Below are positions 28,236-38,035 of a DNA stretch of 64,000 bases, piece after piece (positions within the stretch are counted from its first letter, which is position 1; every line of letters begins with the position of its first letter). The notes under the pieces are model-generated. The model was not told the origin of the DNA. It saw nothing but the letters and a program-made list of their open reading frames with translations, and searched no databases. This DNA comes from a bacterium. Lineage in GTDB: Bacteria > Patescibacteriota > CPR2 > UBA1875 > JAJYID01. Location: the NCBI GenBank assembly GCA_030647205.1, contig JAUSJO010000002.1, positions 241,112 to 305,111 of the forward strand, given 5' to 3'. The position numbers and the translations under genes are program-made.

Positions 28236-29342
28236 CTAGAACTTCAGAAGTTGTCCCGGCTTGTTAAGTCCTCGGCTTGTGATGACAATACCAGGAATAT
28301 GAGTTACTTCTCCGATGACCCTAGCTTTGATTTCATGGCTTTGGGCGACTTGGATGACGCTGTTTGGCTCCGGTGTGGAGACGATCATGCCTTGCCCCAT
28401 GTTCCATGTTTTGTAGGCCTCTTCATCACTGATCTCGCCGATATCTTGCAGGTATCTAACAATGGTACTCGGTTCGATCGGTTCAGAGATTCTTGCTCCC
28501 AGACCGGATGGTTTTAACATCCTTCCCAATTTCTCTGGGATGCCACCACCTGTGATATGGGCAGCGCCGGTGATCTTGGCTTGCGGTTCGCCTTCATAGC
28601 CGCCGAACATGTCTAGTAGGGCCTTGGTATAGATACGGGATGGCGTCAGAATCATTTCTGCCAACTCTGTATCCTCATGCCAGTCAGGGCCCACCTTGTC
28701 TTCGAGGACTTTTCTGATTAATGAAAAGCCGTTCGATCGGAATCCGGGTTCCCAAAGGCCTACAAGGGAGTCGCCGACTTTGACCTCTTTCCCAGTCAGC
28801 ATTCTTTCCTTTTTGGCTATCCAGATGATGCCGGCAGACCAGTTATAGTTGAAAGATCCATAGCCGGATACTCTCGCTCCTATCTCTGCGATTTCGCCGT
28901 TGATAACGGCAACCCCAGCTTCTCCGGCAGCATTGACATATCCGCGACCTAGCTGCTTTAAAAGGTCAATGTTTGACTCTTTGTTATTGCCGAGACTTTT
29001 GACATCGAGAACAGAACCGATAACGAATGGTTCTGCACCCCGAATGACTGCATCGTCGCAGGCCATTGCAAAGAGATCATGGGCGACGGTGTCATGCTTT
29101 GCCAATCTTTCAGCAATCTCAACCTTTGTTCCTATACCGTCGAAACCAAAGCTCATGAAAGAGCCCGTGGGTAGTCCTGATACATCGAAGCCTCGAACCC
29201 CGGAAAAGTCATCAAAAGGAGAGACTATCTCTCCGAACTTTCCCTCGCGATTTTTCCACGTTTGTTTGGCAGCTTCAAAAAGAACCCTCGAAGCATCATT
29301 GCCGAGTTCGACATTTACGCCAGAATTCTTGTAAGTAGTCAC
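28236..29342 (-). CDS. purM: AIR synthase (PurM) family
   Basis: TYKNSGVN, DGIGTK, GEIAE, GFRSNGFSL, AHITGGG, TWNMGQG. Confidence 0.88.
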   Translation of the reverse strand: MTTYKNSGVNVELGNDASRVLFEAAKQTWKNREGKFGEIVSPFDDFSGVRGFDVSGLPTGSFMSFGFDGIGTKVEIAERLAKHDTVAHDLFAMACDDAVIRGAEPFVIGSVLDVKSLGNNKESNIDLLKQLGRGYVNAAGEAGVAVINGEIAEIGARVSGYGSFNYNWSAGIIWIAKKERMLTGKEVKVGDSLVGLWEPGFRSNGFSLIRKVLEDKVGPDWHEDTELAEMILTPSRIYTKALLDMFGGYEGEPQAKITGAAHITGGGIPEKLGRMLKPSGLGARISEPIEPSTIVRYLQDIGEISDEEAYKTWNMGQGMIVSTPEPNSVIQVAQSHEIKARVIGEVTHIPGIVITSRGLNKPGQLLKF

Positions 29343-29353
29343 TTAGCTTCCTT

Positions 29354-29542
29354 TCAGGAGGGTTTGGTAATACCTAGAGTTTCTCTGATACTTTCTGGTG
29401 AGCAGTCAGCATCTTTGGGTAGCTTCCCAATCTCTATACTACCCATGCCATCGCTGAAAAAACCTTGTTCTGTCAGTTCGTCCATAAAAGGATCAGCCGG
29501 CGGCAGATTTTCTGCTCGTAAGAGTTTATGGAACCCTTTCAT
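29354..29542 (-). CDS. Small hypothetical protein upstream of purM
   Basis: SD GAAAGGAG, 62 aa, ends 11 nt before purM. Confidence 0.5.
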   Translation of the reverse strand: MKGFHKLLRAENLPPADPFMDELTEQGFFSDGMGSIEIGKLPKDADCSPESIRETLGITKPS

Positions 29543-29697
29543 GATTTCACTCCTTTCAAGTTGCTAAACAAAAATAAGGGCCTTTTGCCCTCTTATTTTT
29601 ATTCTTGTCTCTAAGTAAAAGGTAGCATAATTTACATTTATTTTCAACTTCTTAACCTTGAAATTTAGTCAAATTTGTGCTAGACTTAGCTTTCTGT

Positions 29698-30090
29698 GGG
29701 GCTGTTTTGGCTTCGACGGAAGATCATTGAGGCACGTATGATGCAAGCCGCGATGACTGTCTCGCGTTACCCAGATAGTTAAAAGACAAGTGCTAAAACA
29801 TTTGCAAGCAGAGTCGCTAGCGCTTTCCGCGTAAACGTCTTTGCACCAGCTGTAGCCTAAACGCTTCAGCCATCTCCCTTCGGGTTCTCGGGGTCGAAGA
29901 ACGAGGTGTCATAATCTCGAGACGCTTTGTCGCCACACCGATAAACGGCAACTAAGACTTATCGGGCTAGGAAATCCGGTTTTTGTCCTGATTCTTACCG
30001 GACTTCCGAACTGAACAATCGGGTCTAAGCTTGCTAAGGTTGTACGGTTTTAACTTTCGGACGCGGGTTCGATTCCCGCCAGCTCCACCA
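29698..30090 (+). ncRNA. ssrA: tmRNA; predicted tag (A)AKTFASRVASAFRVNVFAPAVA
   Basis: 5' GGGGCTG..TTCGAC; 3' GACGCGGGTTCGATTCCCGCCAGCTCCACCA; tag ORF 29792..29860. Confidence 0.95.
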
Positions 30091-30178
30091 AAAAAAGAAA
30101 GTCTTTGAAGATTTTCTTTTTTTGGTTAATAGGAGCTTGAGAACGCCACTAGAAGATTTTTGAGGTCTTTTCTTATAT

Positions 30179-30559
30179 TTATTTTCCTGCCCTGTTAAGA
30201 AACTGTCTAATTTTACTTATTTTTTTATTGTCGGGTTCTTCATTGCTCTTCTGCTTTGTGGCTTTTCTTGTTTCTTTCAATACAGTATTGTCCATATTAT
30301 CAATTTCTTTTTGGTCATGATCTGCGATTCTTTGCCATTTTTTAGCTTCTTTCCTTCCTGCACGTCTATCGGGTCCTCCCATGCTGTCTCTAAGTCTATA
30401 TTCCGGGTCAGCGTTAGAATAACCATCAGCAATACTTTCATGTAATTTTTTGTCCTGCATTTTCTGATTTGTTCTTTCGGCAGCAACTTGGGCAATATCT
30501 GGATTGTTTATCCTACCGTATTCATCTTTTGACAAGTCTGGTCCTGTTGTGTTAAGCAT
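30179..30559 (-). CDS. Hypothetical charged protein
   Basis: 126-aa ORF, SD GGAG. Confidence 0.6.
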   Translation of the reverse strand: MLNTTGPDLSKDEYGRINNPDIAQVAAERTNQKMQDKKLHESIADGYSNADPEYRLRDSMGGPDRRAGRKEAKKWQRIADHDQKEIDNMDNTVLKETRKATKQKSNEEPDNKKISKIRQFLNRAGK

Positions 30560-30747
30560 TTTTTCTCCTAATTACTATTTATGTTTAGTATAGTCTATTA
30601 TTATCACCAAAACAAAAATAATAATATTTATTCAGCATAACCCAACTCCAATAGTAAAATCCCTGGGTATAAAAGTTCTAAATTTCTTCAACTATGCTTC
30701 ACCAGATGATATTTTTTGATTTTTATATAGCCCTTAAATTAACAGAA

Positions 30748-30800
30748 GGCCCCCTCTGGAGAGTAAGAACCTTTCTAGTTCTTCTCTCCCTGAGGGGGCC
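30748..30800. terminator. Long bulged hairpin downstream of def
   Basis: GGCCCCCTC..GGAGAG.AAGAAC / GTTCTT.CTCTCC..GAGGGGGCC. Confidence 0.55.
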
Positions 30801-30830
30801 AGATGGTAGACACCTGTCTACCGATAGTGA

Positions 30831-31385
30831 TTAGACGGATTGTTCGAGGAGCTTTTCACCAGAACGATTCATGTCCCCGATACATTTTTTGATCCTTCTA
30901 AGGCCTGCATGAATAACTGGGCGGCCTTCAGACAAGATCGTTTTCCCGTCAAGATGGTTTACTTCGTGGTAAGCAACTCTAGCGGCAAACCCTGTGAGGG
31001 ATCGGCGGAAATCTTGGCCCGATATCGAGTAGCCCTCGATGGTTACTGCTATGGGGCTTTTTACTCTTGCGATTGTACGGGGCACAGACCCGCAGCTTTC
31101 CCAGCCGCCACGCATTTTTTCTGACATATCCACGATCGTAGGGTTCACGATGATTAGCTCATCCCCATAACATGATTGGGCATTCGGGTTATTAAGCAAG
31201 AGGATCATTCTTGCATCATAACCGATCTGGTTTGCAGCCAGGCCAACAAGATAATTGCTGGAGCGAAAAGTGTCAATAAGGTCCATGGCGATATCTCTTG
31301 TGCTTGGATTACTGGGATCCACTTCTGCAACTGGTATGTGAAGTTTGTCCTCCTCCCACACACTCAAAACTCTTTTCGTGGTCAA
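30831..31385 (-). CDS. def: Peptide deformylase (divergent copy)
   Basis: GLAANQIG, ESCGS, HEVNHLDG. Confidence 0.85.
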   Translation of the reverse strand: MTTKRVLSVWEEDKLHIPVAEVDPSNPSTRDIAMDLIDTFRSSNYLVGLAANQIGYDARMILLLNNPNAQSCYGDELIIVNPTIVDMSEKMRGGWESCGSVPRTIARVKSPIAVTIEGYSISGQDFRRSLTGFAARVAYHEVNHLDGKTILSEGRPVIHAGLRRIKKCIGDMNRSGEKLLEQSV

Positions 31386-31429
31386 TTTGGTCTCCTTTGT
31401 CGCTATGAAAGGGTCAATGTACTACCACA

Positions 31430-31502
31430 ATTATATAATAGTAGATGACATTTGTCAAGTATTTCGGGTAATATTGACAAATTAGCTACTATGATGTATA
31501 AT
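31430..31502. promoter_or_regulatory. Back-to-back consensus sigma70 promoters
   Basis: Minus TTGACAAATGTCATCTACTATTATATAAT; plus TTGACAAATTAGCTACTATGATGTATAAT. Confidence 0.75.
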
Positions 31503-31555
31503 CTCTGTATCCTATTCAGTTCTATTCAGTCCAAGAAAGGAAGGAGCTTAACATC

Positions 31556-32009
31556 ATGAATGTAACACGAGAGAGTTCAAATAGAACGTCTTGGGGGGGT
31601 CATCATCGACCTTACGAAAGTGATCAAGGAAGCACTTCATAAAGATGGGATAGATCTTTTGTCGGGCGGCAAGGATGCGAATCTTGTCACTGGTAAAGGA
31701 GAAAGAAATGAGCTCTACGAGAGAAAAGGGTCGGGTTCATTTTCGACGGAGGGGCGAAAGGTGCTCTGGGTATCCTTCGATCCAACCGAGCCGACCTCTG
31801 AGTTACTGCCAACTCTCCATGTCAAGGTCACAGTTCGGGAAGAGGTATTGATGGAAAATGCAGGACGCCGGAAGAAAATTGATAGCATCCTTGCTATCAT
31901 CGATAAGGCAGTTGAGACCGAACTGGCTAATCCGACTACGAATGAGATTAAGAGGGTACACCCAACCAAGATCATGGTTAAGTTTGCTGGAATTCATGTT
32001 TTGATCTAA
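31556..32009 (+). pseudogene. Hypothetical gene with a +1 frame offset near its 5' end
   Basis: SD-led ATG 31556 is out of frame with ORF 31620..32009; GAGAGAG and G7 tracts lie between. Confidence 0.5.
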
Positions 32010-32043
32010 CTAACAGGTCGCTTAGACTTAGATCTTAGCCAGG

Positions 32044-32427
32044 ATGAAAAGACAAACGATTGGAGGCAGGGGAATGAAAGGAGAACGGATCATAGGTAGA
32101 ATCCTTTCAGAGGTAGACATAGCATCACGGGAACGAGTTGACAATGAGAGGAGACTCGATAAATCCGTGATAGCAGAGAAAGAAAAGATCGTAGAGCTCA
32201 TGTCTTTTTTTGCATCTAAGACAGACGAAGAGTTCCTGAGTCTGGTTAAGATGGTAACAAGGAGCTGGATGCTTGAACTTAACTATGAAGCTCAGGCGAA
32301 CTACTACCTTGTATTATGGAAAGACAGCGCACGCCGTTTGAAGGAAAGGGGCTGTAAAAAGCGCAGTGCGCTAAAAAGCATATCCCAAAACGGCGAAGTT
32401 AACTTCAGGAATCTTCGGAAGAAGTAA
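32044..32427 (+). CDS. Hypothetical protein
   Basis: 127-aa ORF followed by hairpin AGCACCGAT-TTAA-ATCGGTGCT. Confidence 0.6.
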   Translation: MKRQTIGGRGMKGERIIGRILSEVDIASRERVDNERRLDKSVIAEKEKIVELMSFFASKTDEEFLSLVKMVTRSWMLELNYEAQANYYLVLWKDSARRLKERGCKKRSALKSISQNGEVNFRNLRKK

Positions 32428-32504
32428 CTAATGTACTTATCAGGAGGGAATAGCACCGATTTAAATCGGTGCTTTTTCTTTTGCATATTGCTATAATTGT
32501 TCTT

Positions 32505-33356
32505 ATGAATTGGTTTTTATTTGTAATCATTAGCATCCTTGCATCAGCAGTTGCCGGCCTTTTGCAGAAAGCATTGATGCGAAAACAGGCTGTGAATCCT
32601 ATAGCTTTTGCAGCCGGTTTTCAAATTACGGTCAGCCTGTTTGTGGGTGTTATTTTGCTTTTTAAGGGGTTCCGTTTACCAGATCTCGGTCCGATTGGAC
32701 TAAACTTATTGCTTATGCCCATACTTTACTCTCTGGGTAATATCTCTAAATTTAAATCACTGAAGAAAATCGAGATATCTGAACTGACAATTATTTATCA
32801 GTCCAGTACGCTTGTCACGGTTATCATCGCAATTTCTTTTCTTGGAGAATCATTTCATTTGCTGCAAATACTGGGTCTTGCTTTAGTAATTGCAGCTATA
32901 ATCTTGGTGACTTTAAAAAATCATATAAAATTTAGTCTTAGCAGCGGTGAGATATGGGCGTTTGTTGCCGCTGCATCCTTTGGAGCGGCTTTTGCGAATG
33001 ATGTATACATCTTAAGAACTTTTGACCTTTGGACATATACCTTTTTAGCTTTTTTAATCCCTGGGATTTTAAGCCTGCCTTTTTTGGGTAAAGAAATCAG
33101 GAGTTTAAGACATCTTGTTGATGGAGAGAACAGATTTAGGTTTTTGTTATCTGCAATTATTTATGCAGTTGCGGTTTTAACTGTGTACTATGCTTACCAA
33201 ATTGGTCGAAATGCAGCGCAAATCGCGTCCATTACACCAACGTACTCAATTCTAATCGTCATCTTGGCAGCTATTTTCCTAAAGGAAAGAGATCGGTTGC
33301 CGAGAAAGTTATTTGCAGCGTCTCTCGCCGTGATCGGTGTTATGCTGCTTAAATAG
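32505..33356 (+). CDS. EamA/DMT-family transporter
   Basis: About 10 TM in two repeats, FLGES and FLKER; TGCTATAAT just upstream of ATG 32505. Confidence 0.88.
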   Translation: MNWFLFVIISILASAVAGLLQKALMRKQAVNPIAFAAGFQITVSLFVGVILLFKGFRLPDLGPIGLNLLLMPILYSLGNISKFKSLKKIEISELTIIYQSSTLVTVIIAISFLGESFHLLQILGLALVIAAIILVTLKNHIKFSLSSGEIWAFVAAASFGAAFANDVYILRTFDLWTYTFLAFLIPGILSLPFLGKEIRSLRHLVDGENRFRFLLSAIIYAVAVLTVYYAYQIGRNAAQIASITPTYSILIVILAAIFLKERDRLPRKLFAASLAVIGVMLLK

Positions 33357-33362
33357 ATTTTT

Positions 33363-35111
33363 TTACCAGTTTCTTAGACCGCCCCACTCTACAACAGTGA
33401 ATCCTTTTCGGGGGATTGTTGTTAGTTTTTGAGGCTTTATACTGATCGGTCTTTGCAGGCCTTCATAATCTAAAAATACCCGTATCAAGGTTTGTGGTTT
33501 GGGACTTATATTCAGCGGCGCTAACTTGTTCATGTCGGCGGTCATTAGCCAAGAGAGTCTGACATAAGGCGTTTTGGGAAGCTGAGACATCCAAAAGTCG
33601 ATAAAGTCTGCTTTTTCTTTTTTGTTTAGGCCTAGTTGGGAAAGATGTCTTTCAAGCGTTTGTCGGAGCTCTCCTTGTTTTACTACGAAGCCGCTTTTTA
33701 TCTCAGGATACATTCCAAAGCCCTGTCCCTCCCAGAAAAGATAGTCCCAAACACGCCCGTCTGTTTTTATAGCTCCATCCGGGTAAGCGGTTACTTGCCA
33801 GCCGTTTTTATAAGGAGGGATGCTTACGTCTACGTTGGCGCCTACTTTGACACTCACATTTGTTTCCTTTTCGGGATATAGATAAATAACCGGTTTTCCA
33901 CAACCGCCGGCACTCTTTAGGTCACTTCTGAGAAAAACAATATACTGTCCTAACGGATCTCTTGTTATAAAGACCGGTTGGGGGGATATCTTATAAAATT
34001 TCTCTAACGATAGTTCCTTGAGGGTTTTATCCGGTGTGTTTAAAGTCTTGTTGGAGCTTGCTTCCTTGTAAACTGCGTAGATATCTTGCGCTAGGGGCGA
34101 GCCTGTGTTGCTAATGCCATACACTTCATCACCTAAACTTGTTGAGCCGATAACGCTAAGATTTGATTTATTTACGCTATAGCTGCTTAAAATAGTTGAG
34201 TCATAACTCCCGCAACCAGATACAAGAAAGCTAGAGTACTGTAAGGTATTTTGCGCTCCGCTTAAGGTCACCGAGGGAATGCTTGTTTCTCTGTTAAAAT
34301 AATCAAGAATCAAAGAAAACTGCGCTGTTGTGGAGTCAGCCAACTTTAAGTAAAAGATACGGTCAGTCATAGAGCTCCCGAGATGACTGTTATCGTTTGC
34401 AGAGAAAATACTGCCGTCTTTTGTATCCGCCACTTTGGATGTATTATCGATTTTTGAAAATAAATCGGACTGATATAGTTTTTTAAATACCGCACCGTTT
34501 GACAGGGTTATTTTTTCAGGAATTGTGACCCCCGTATATGTGGTTTGGTTATCTATACTGACTGTAGCATTCAAAAATCCGGCATCTTCCGGATAAAGCT
34601 TGTCAGACAACGACTTTAAAAAGGAATATTGGCCATCGGATCCTTTTTTGAATCTATAGTAAAGGATCTCTTGACCGTTTATTGATTTGACAAGATATAT
34701 CTCTCCGCCGCCTCTTAGATTCGCCACTCTGTAGTAGCTGTTTTCTATGCCGTATTGCTTTATCATCGCTTGATTGAAGAACGCCGGGTTTGGTACCTCG
34801 ACAGGATCTATCCAGGTTATTTCGGGGACGGGAGTGTTGACTGAACTTTCCTTTTTTGATGATGCTTGTTTCGCTTTTTCCAAAGCTTCGGCAGCTTCTT
34901 TTTCTTTCGTTTTCTTGTCTTGGTAGTAAGCATAGGCAGAAACAGACCCTATAATACCCACGAGAACTAAAACAGCCGAAACAATCAAAACTATCTTGAT
35001 CAGTTTCTTTTTTTTCTGTGCCTTTGAAGCTTCATCCGCAGTATCAGTTTCCGGCAAAGGACCGGGCACTTGTTCCGTATTGAGATCGTTATTTATTCCC
35101 TCGTTTTCCAT
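33363..35111 (-). CDS. Membrane-anchored protein with a C-terminal KPVIYLYP domain
   Basis: One TM; GKPVIYLYPEK..YLFWEG..DFIDFW..RVF..GFTVVEWGG. Confidence 0.8.
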   Translation of the reverse strand: MENEGINNDLNTEQVPGPLPETDTADEASKAQKKKKLIKIVLIVSAVLVLVGIIGSVSAYAYYQDKKTKEKEAAEALEKAKQASSKKESSVNTPVPEITWIDPVEVPNPAFFNQAMIKQYGIENSYYRVANLRGGGEIYLVKSINGQEILYYRFKKGSDGQYSFLKSLSDKLYPEDAGFLNATVSIDNQTTYTGVTIPEKITLSNGAVFKKLYQSDLFSKIDNTSKVADTKDGSIFSANDNSHLGSSMTDRIFYLKLADSTTAQFSLILDYFNRETSIPSVTLSGAQNTLQYSSFLVSGCGSYDSTILSSYSVNKSNLSVIGSTSLGDEVYGISNTGSPLAQDIYAVYKEASSNKTLNTPDKTLKELSLEKFYKISPQPVFITRDPLGQYIVFLRSDLKSAGGCGKPVIYLYPEKETNVSVKVGANVDVSIPPYKNGWQVTAYPDGAIKTDGRVWDYLFWEGQGFGMYPEIKSGFVVKQGELRQTLERHLSQLGLNKKEKADFIDFWMSQLPKTPYVRLSWLMTADMNKLAPLNISPKPQTLIRVFLDYEGLQRPISIKPQKLTTIPRKGFTVVEWGGLRNW

Positions 35112-35247
35112 GGGATAATATTAGCATAAGCCTAAAAATGTTTCTATGTTTTTGTAGTTTTAATTCTTGAGAGGCAAAACATTGTTATTTTTGAGGATAA
35201 CAAAAGATAGACTGTAAGCTTTGTTGATTAAGCTGTATAATTCTTTC

Positions 35248-35862
35248 ATGAAAAAAGAAGTAGTTATCTTTGATTTTGATGGTGTCATCGTCGATAGTCT
35301 CGACTTTTCTTTTGAAATCAATAAAAGTCATAGCCCAAAGCTTACTAGAAAAGAATGGGAAGATATGCATTTGGGTAACTTCTATGATGCTTTTAAGAAA
35401 CATAAGATCAGTACGGTTGATGATTTCTATAAAGAGTATGAGAGCAAAATACATCACGTGTTTCCTATAGAAAGCATGGATAAAGTCATCCAAAGTCTAC
35501 ACAAGAAATATAGGCTGACAATTGTTTCCGGCTCTCCTGCCAGGATTATCGATAAGTATTTGAACCGGTATGGTCTGAGAGATTATTTCGAAGCGATTGT
35601 GGGGAATGAATATCACCTCAATAAGGTTGAAAAGTTCAATAAAATAAAAGATTTGTGTAATGTCTCCTTTGGTGACTGCTTACAGATCACAGATACTGTT
35701 TGTGATGTAAAAGAGGGCCATCTGACCGGTATAGAGTCAATTGCTGTTACCTGGGGTATATTCGCCAAGGATGTTTTTAAGGGAGAAAAGACCTTTGCTG
35801 TGGTTGACGCGCCGGAAGAAATTACCGGTGCTGTCGACAAATTCTTTGGCAAAGGCTACTAG
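35248..35862 (+). CDS. HAD-family hydrolase
   Basis: IFDFDGVIVDS, IVSGS, K, ITDTVCD. Confidence 0.9.
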   Translation: MKKEVVIFDFDGVIVDSLDFSFEINKSHSPKLTRKEWEDMHLGNFYDAFKKHKISTVDDFYKEYESKIHHVFPIESMDKVIQSLHKKYRLTIVSGSPARIIDKYLNRYGLRDYFEAIVGNEYHLNKVEKFNKIKDLCNVSFGDCLQITDTVCDVKEGHLTGIESIAVTWGIFAKDVFKGEKTFAVVDAPEEITGAVDKFFGKGY

Positions 35863-35888
35863 AAAAAGTAAATCAGGAGATTATTTTC

Positions 35889-36353
35889 TTATAGCTTAAA
35901 ATATATTTCTGTTGCTCCGTGGTTTAAACTTTTAAGCTTTTCTATTTCGATTTTATTCTTCTTCATAAAGCTTAGCATTGTTTCAGTACTCTCTCTTAGG
36001 GGTTTGATATACGCCGATGTAAACCCGTCTTTTTTACACTGTTTCATCATTCTTTTAATGAGCAGCGTTCCTATTCCATTTCTTGTATATCCGCGCAGGA
36101 TATGCAGTCTAAAGAAACGGTTTTTCAAACGAATGATTGTTCCAACTTTTTCCCCGTCAACTATTGCGAGTAGAATATCAGGTTTTTCTGTTTGAATAAA
36201 ATACTTTAACTTTTCCGGCGAGTGAAACTTGGCGTATTTTCTCTTTCTTTCAGGGGACATTTGGTCATAATGATCATTATCTAAAATAATTTCGTATATT
36301 GCTTGCTCGTCGCCTTCTTGATAGGGCCTAACTTGTATAGAATTTTGTTGCAT
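35889..36353 (-). CDS. GNAT-family acetyltransferase
   Basis: VRPY; LHILRGYTRNGIGTLLI motif A. Confidence 0.75.
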   Translation of the reverse strand: MQQNSIQVRPYQEGDEQAIYEIILDNDHYDQMSPERKRKYAKFHSPEKLKYFIQTEKPDILLAIVDGEKVGTIIRLKNRFFRLHILRGYTRNGIGTLLIKRMMKQCKKDGFTSAYIKPLRESTETMLSFMKKNKIEIEKLKSLNHGATEIYFKL

Positions 36354-36429
36354 AAATTTTCCTGCGGCTAAGTGATAATGTTTATATTAAACTCTGTGTT
36401 CAATGGATTTGTCAAAATATAAAAAGAAA

Positions 36430-36451
36430 AGCCGCCCCTTGCGGGGCGGCT
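36430..36451 (-). terminator. Terminator of the AAA-VWA operon
   Basis: AGCCGCCCC-TTGC-GGGGCGGCT with minus-strand T run. Confidence 0.8.
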
Positions 36452-36482
36452 GGTTAGTGCATCAGTCGTTTTTGGTCCTTGC

Positions 36483-38021
36483 TCAGTTGAGCATTGAACC
36501 GATAACTTCTTTTGCGTTTTTTGTCGTCAGGTCTTTTGCGTCCAGATGGTAGTCAGAAACAGACTTCAGTGTTCTCACTGACTCTTCTTTCTGTTCTCCA
36601 CGTAGGTCGTCTCCAATCAGAACGCTCACGACCTTGAACTCCAGTCTTTTGCGCTCTTTGGCGAACTGTTGAGCGAACTCGTCGCTTATGGGGGCGATGC
36701 CATCAGTTAAGAAAAGAACATCTGCCTTTTTCATCTGACTTGATCTTACAAGCTCGGCGGTTCTTGCGAGCGGGCGCTCGAAGTTTGTCCCGCCGCCCGT
36801 AAAGTAGACCAGTGCTTCGATCAGCTCCTCGGGGCGTATCTTGCCCTTACGGATAGATACCTCTTTCTTGATAGAGCTTTCGTAATAAATGATATGCATA
36901 TCACGATGCTCTTTTCGTGCGATTTCGAGGCAGGCCATGATGAGACCTTTTGCATAAGAGTCTCTTGTGCCTTTCATAGTACCGCTGATATCGTCGCATA
37001 TGATCATCGGACCCTTGCCGGAAGGGATATCGTCATCACGCACATATACCTCCAGCTCGCCGTCAGACCATCTGCTCAGAAAGTCTTTCTGAAGTGCCGG
37101 GTGCATTGCGCTGATTGCTTCATAGTCAGTCATGTCGGCGATATCATCCCCAAAACCTACCCCCGAAATAGTGAAATGGTCTTTTTGGGTGGCTTTGGAT
37201 AGGAGATCGCGCGCCAGTTTACGGAAGCGGCCGATGATTTCCATCATGTCTTTCAGCTGCCTGTGATCGTAGACTGAGTCAAGCATACGAAGCATGCGAT
37301 CGGGAGACACTCTTTCGAGCTCTTCTTGGCTATAGCCGAAGCTGTGGAGCATTTCGACTAAACCGGTTGCCTTCTCGGCTGTTTCTTCGAGATCTTCCTT
37401 TAGTGCTTCTCTTTGGGCATAGTTAGATGTGATTTGTGCAGCCTCTTCCTCGAGTTTTTCGATGTCGGCTGCTGCCTTCTCGATTGCCTCAGCGTATAAC
37501 TCCAGGTGATCTTCGGAGGCACCTTCGCCTTCGAGTCCCTCGGCCCTTTCGATGAGTTGTTCCAGCCGATCTTTTTCTTTCTCCAGCTCTCGTCTCTTCT
37601 CGGTTTCATCGGGAGAATTCTCCAGAATCTTCCGGGCGAGGTCTTGTGCTGTTGCAAGAGCCAGAGATTTATTTAGTTTGGTCGTCTGGCGCAGATCATC
37701 GTAGTCCTCAGAATCCATGATGTCCTTTAGATGCTCCCGATTTGCCCGATATTCCTTGGCAATACTCTCTTCAGCAAGAATAGTGGGATGCTGTTTCTGC
37801 AGGGCACCGTAGATGTCCTCGAAAAGCCGGTTGAAGCCCTTGAGGTCTTTTTCACCTCTTTCAATGAGTTTCGACAGCTCTGGATTGCTCTCAACTGCTG
37901 TTTCGACAACATGCCGATCGTAGTTGAAGAGGGAAAGGCTGTTTTCGCTCAGTGTCTCTTCAGGCTTTTTATTGAAGAACTTCTTTTTTACCTTTTTGAT
38001 TAACCCTCGTAGTTTCTTCAT
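36483..38021 (-). CDS. ViaA-like VWA-domain protein
   Basis: Helical N-region; MIDAS DISGT, GGTNF, LTDG. Confidence 0.88.
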   Translation of the reverse strand: MKKLRGLIKKVKKKFFNKKPEETLSENSLSLFNYDRHVVETAVESNPELSKLIERGEKDLKGFNRLFEDIYGALQKQHPTILAEESIAKEYRANREHLKDIMDSEDYDDLRQTTKLNKSLALATAQDLARKILENSPDETEKRRELEKEKDRLEQLIERAEGLEGEGASEDHLELYAEAIEKAAADIEKLEEEAAQITSNYAQREALKEDLEETAEKATGLVEMLHSFGYSQEELERVSPDRMLRMLDSVYDHRQLKDMMEIIGRFRKLARDLLSKATQKDHFTISGVGFGDDIADMTDYEAISAMHPALQKDFLSRWSDGELEVYVRDDDIPSGKGPMIICDDISGTMKGTRDSYAKGLIMACLEIARKEHRDMHIIYYESSIKKEVSIRKGKIRPEELIEALVYFTGGGTNFERPLARTAELVRSSQMKKADVLFLTDGIAPISDEFAQQFAKERKRLEFKVVSVLIGDDLRGEQKEESVRTLKSVSDYHLDAKDLTTKNAKEVIGSMLN

Positions 38022-38035
38022 AGGACCTCAGTCCT

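Noticed and set aside
30620-30740. Possible gene remnant on the minus strand
   Set aside because: Short, interrupted by a stop and unrecognisable
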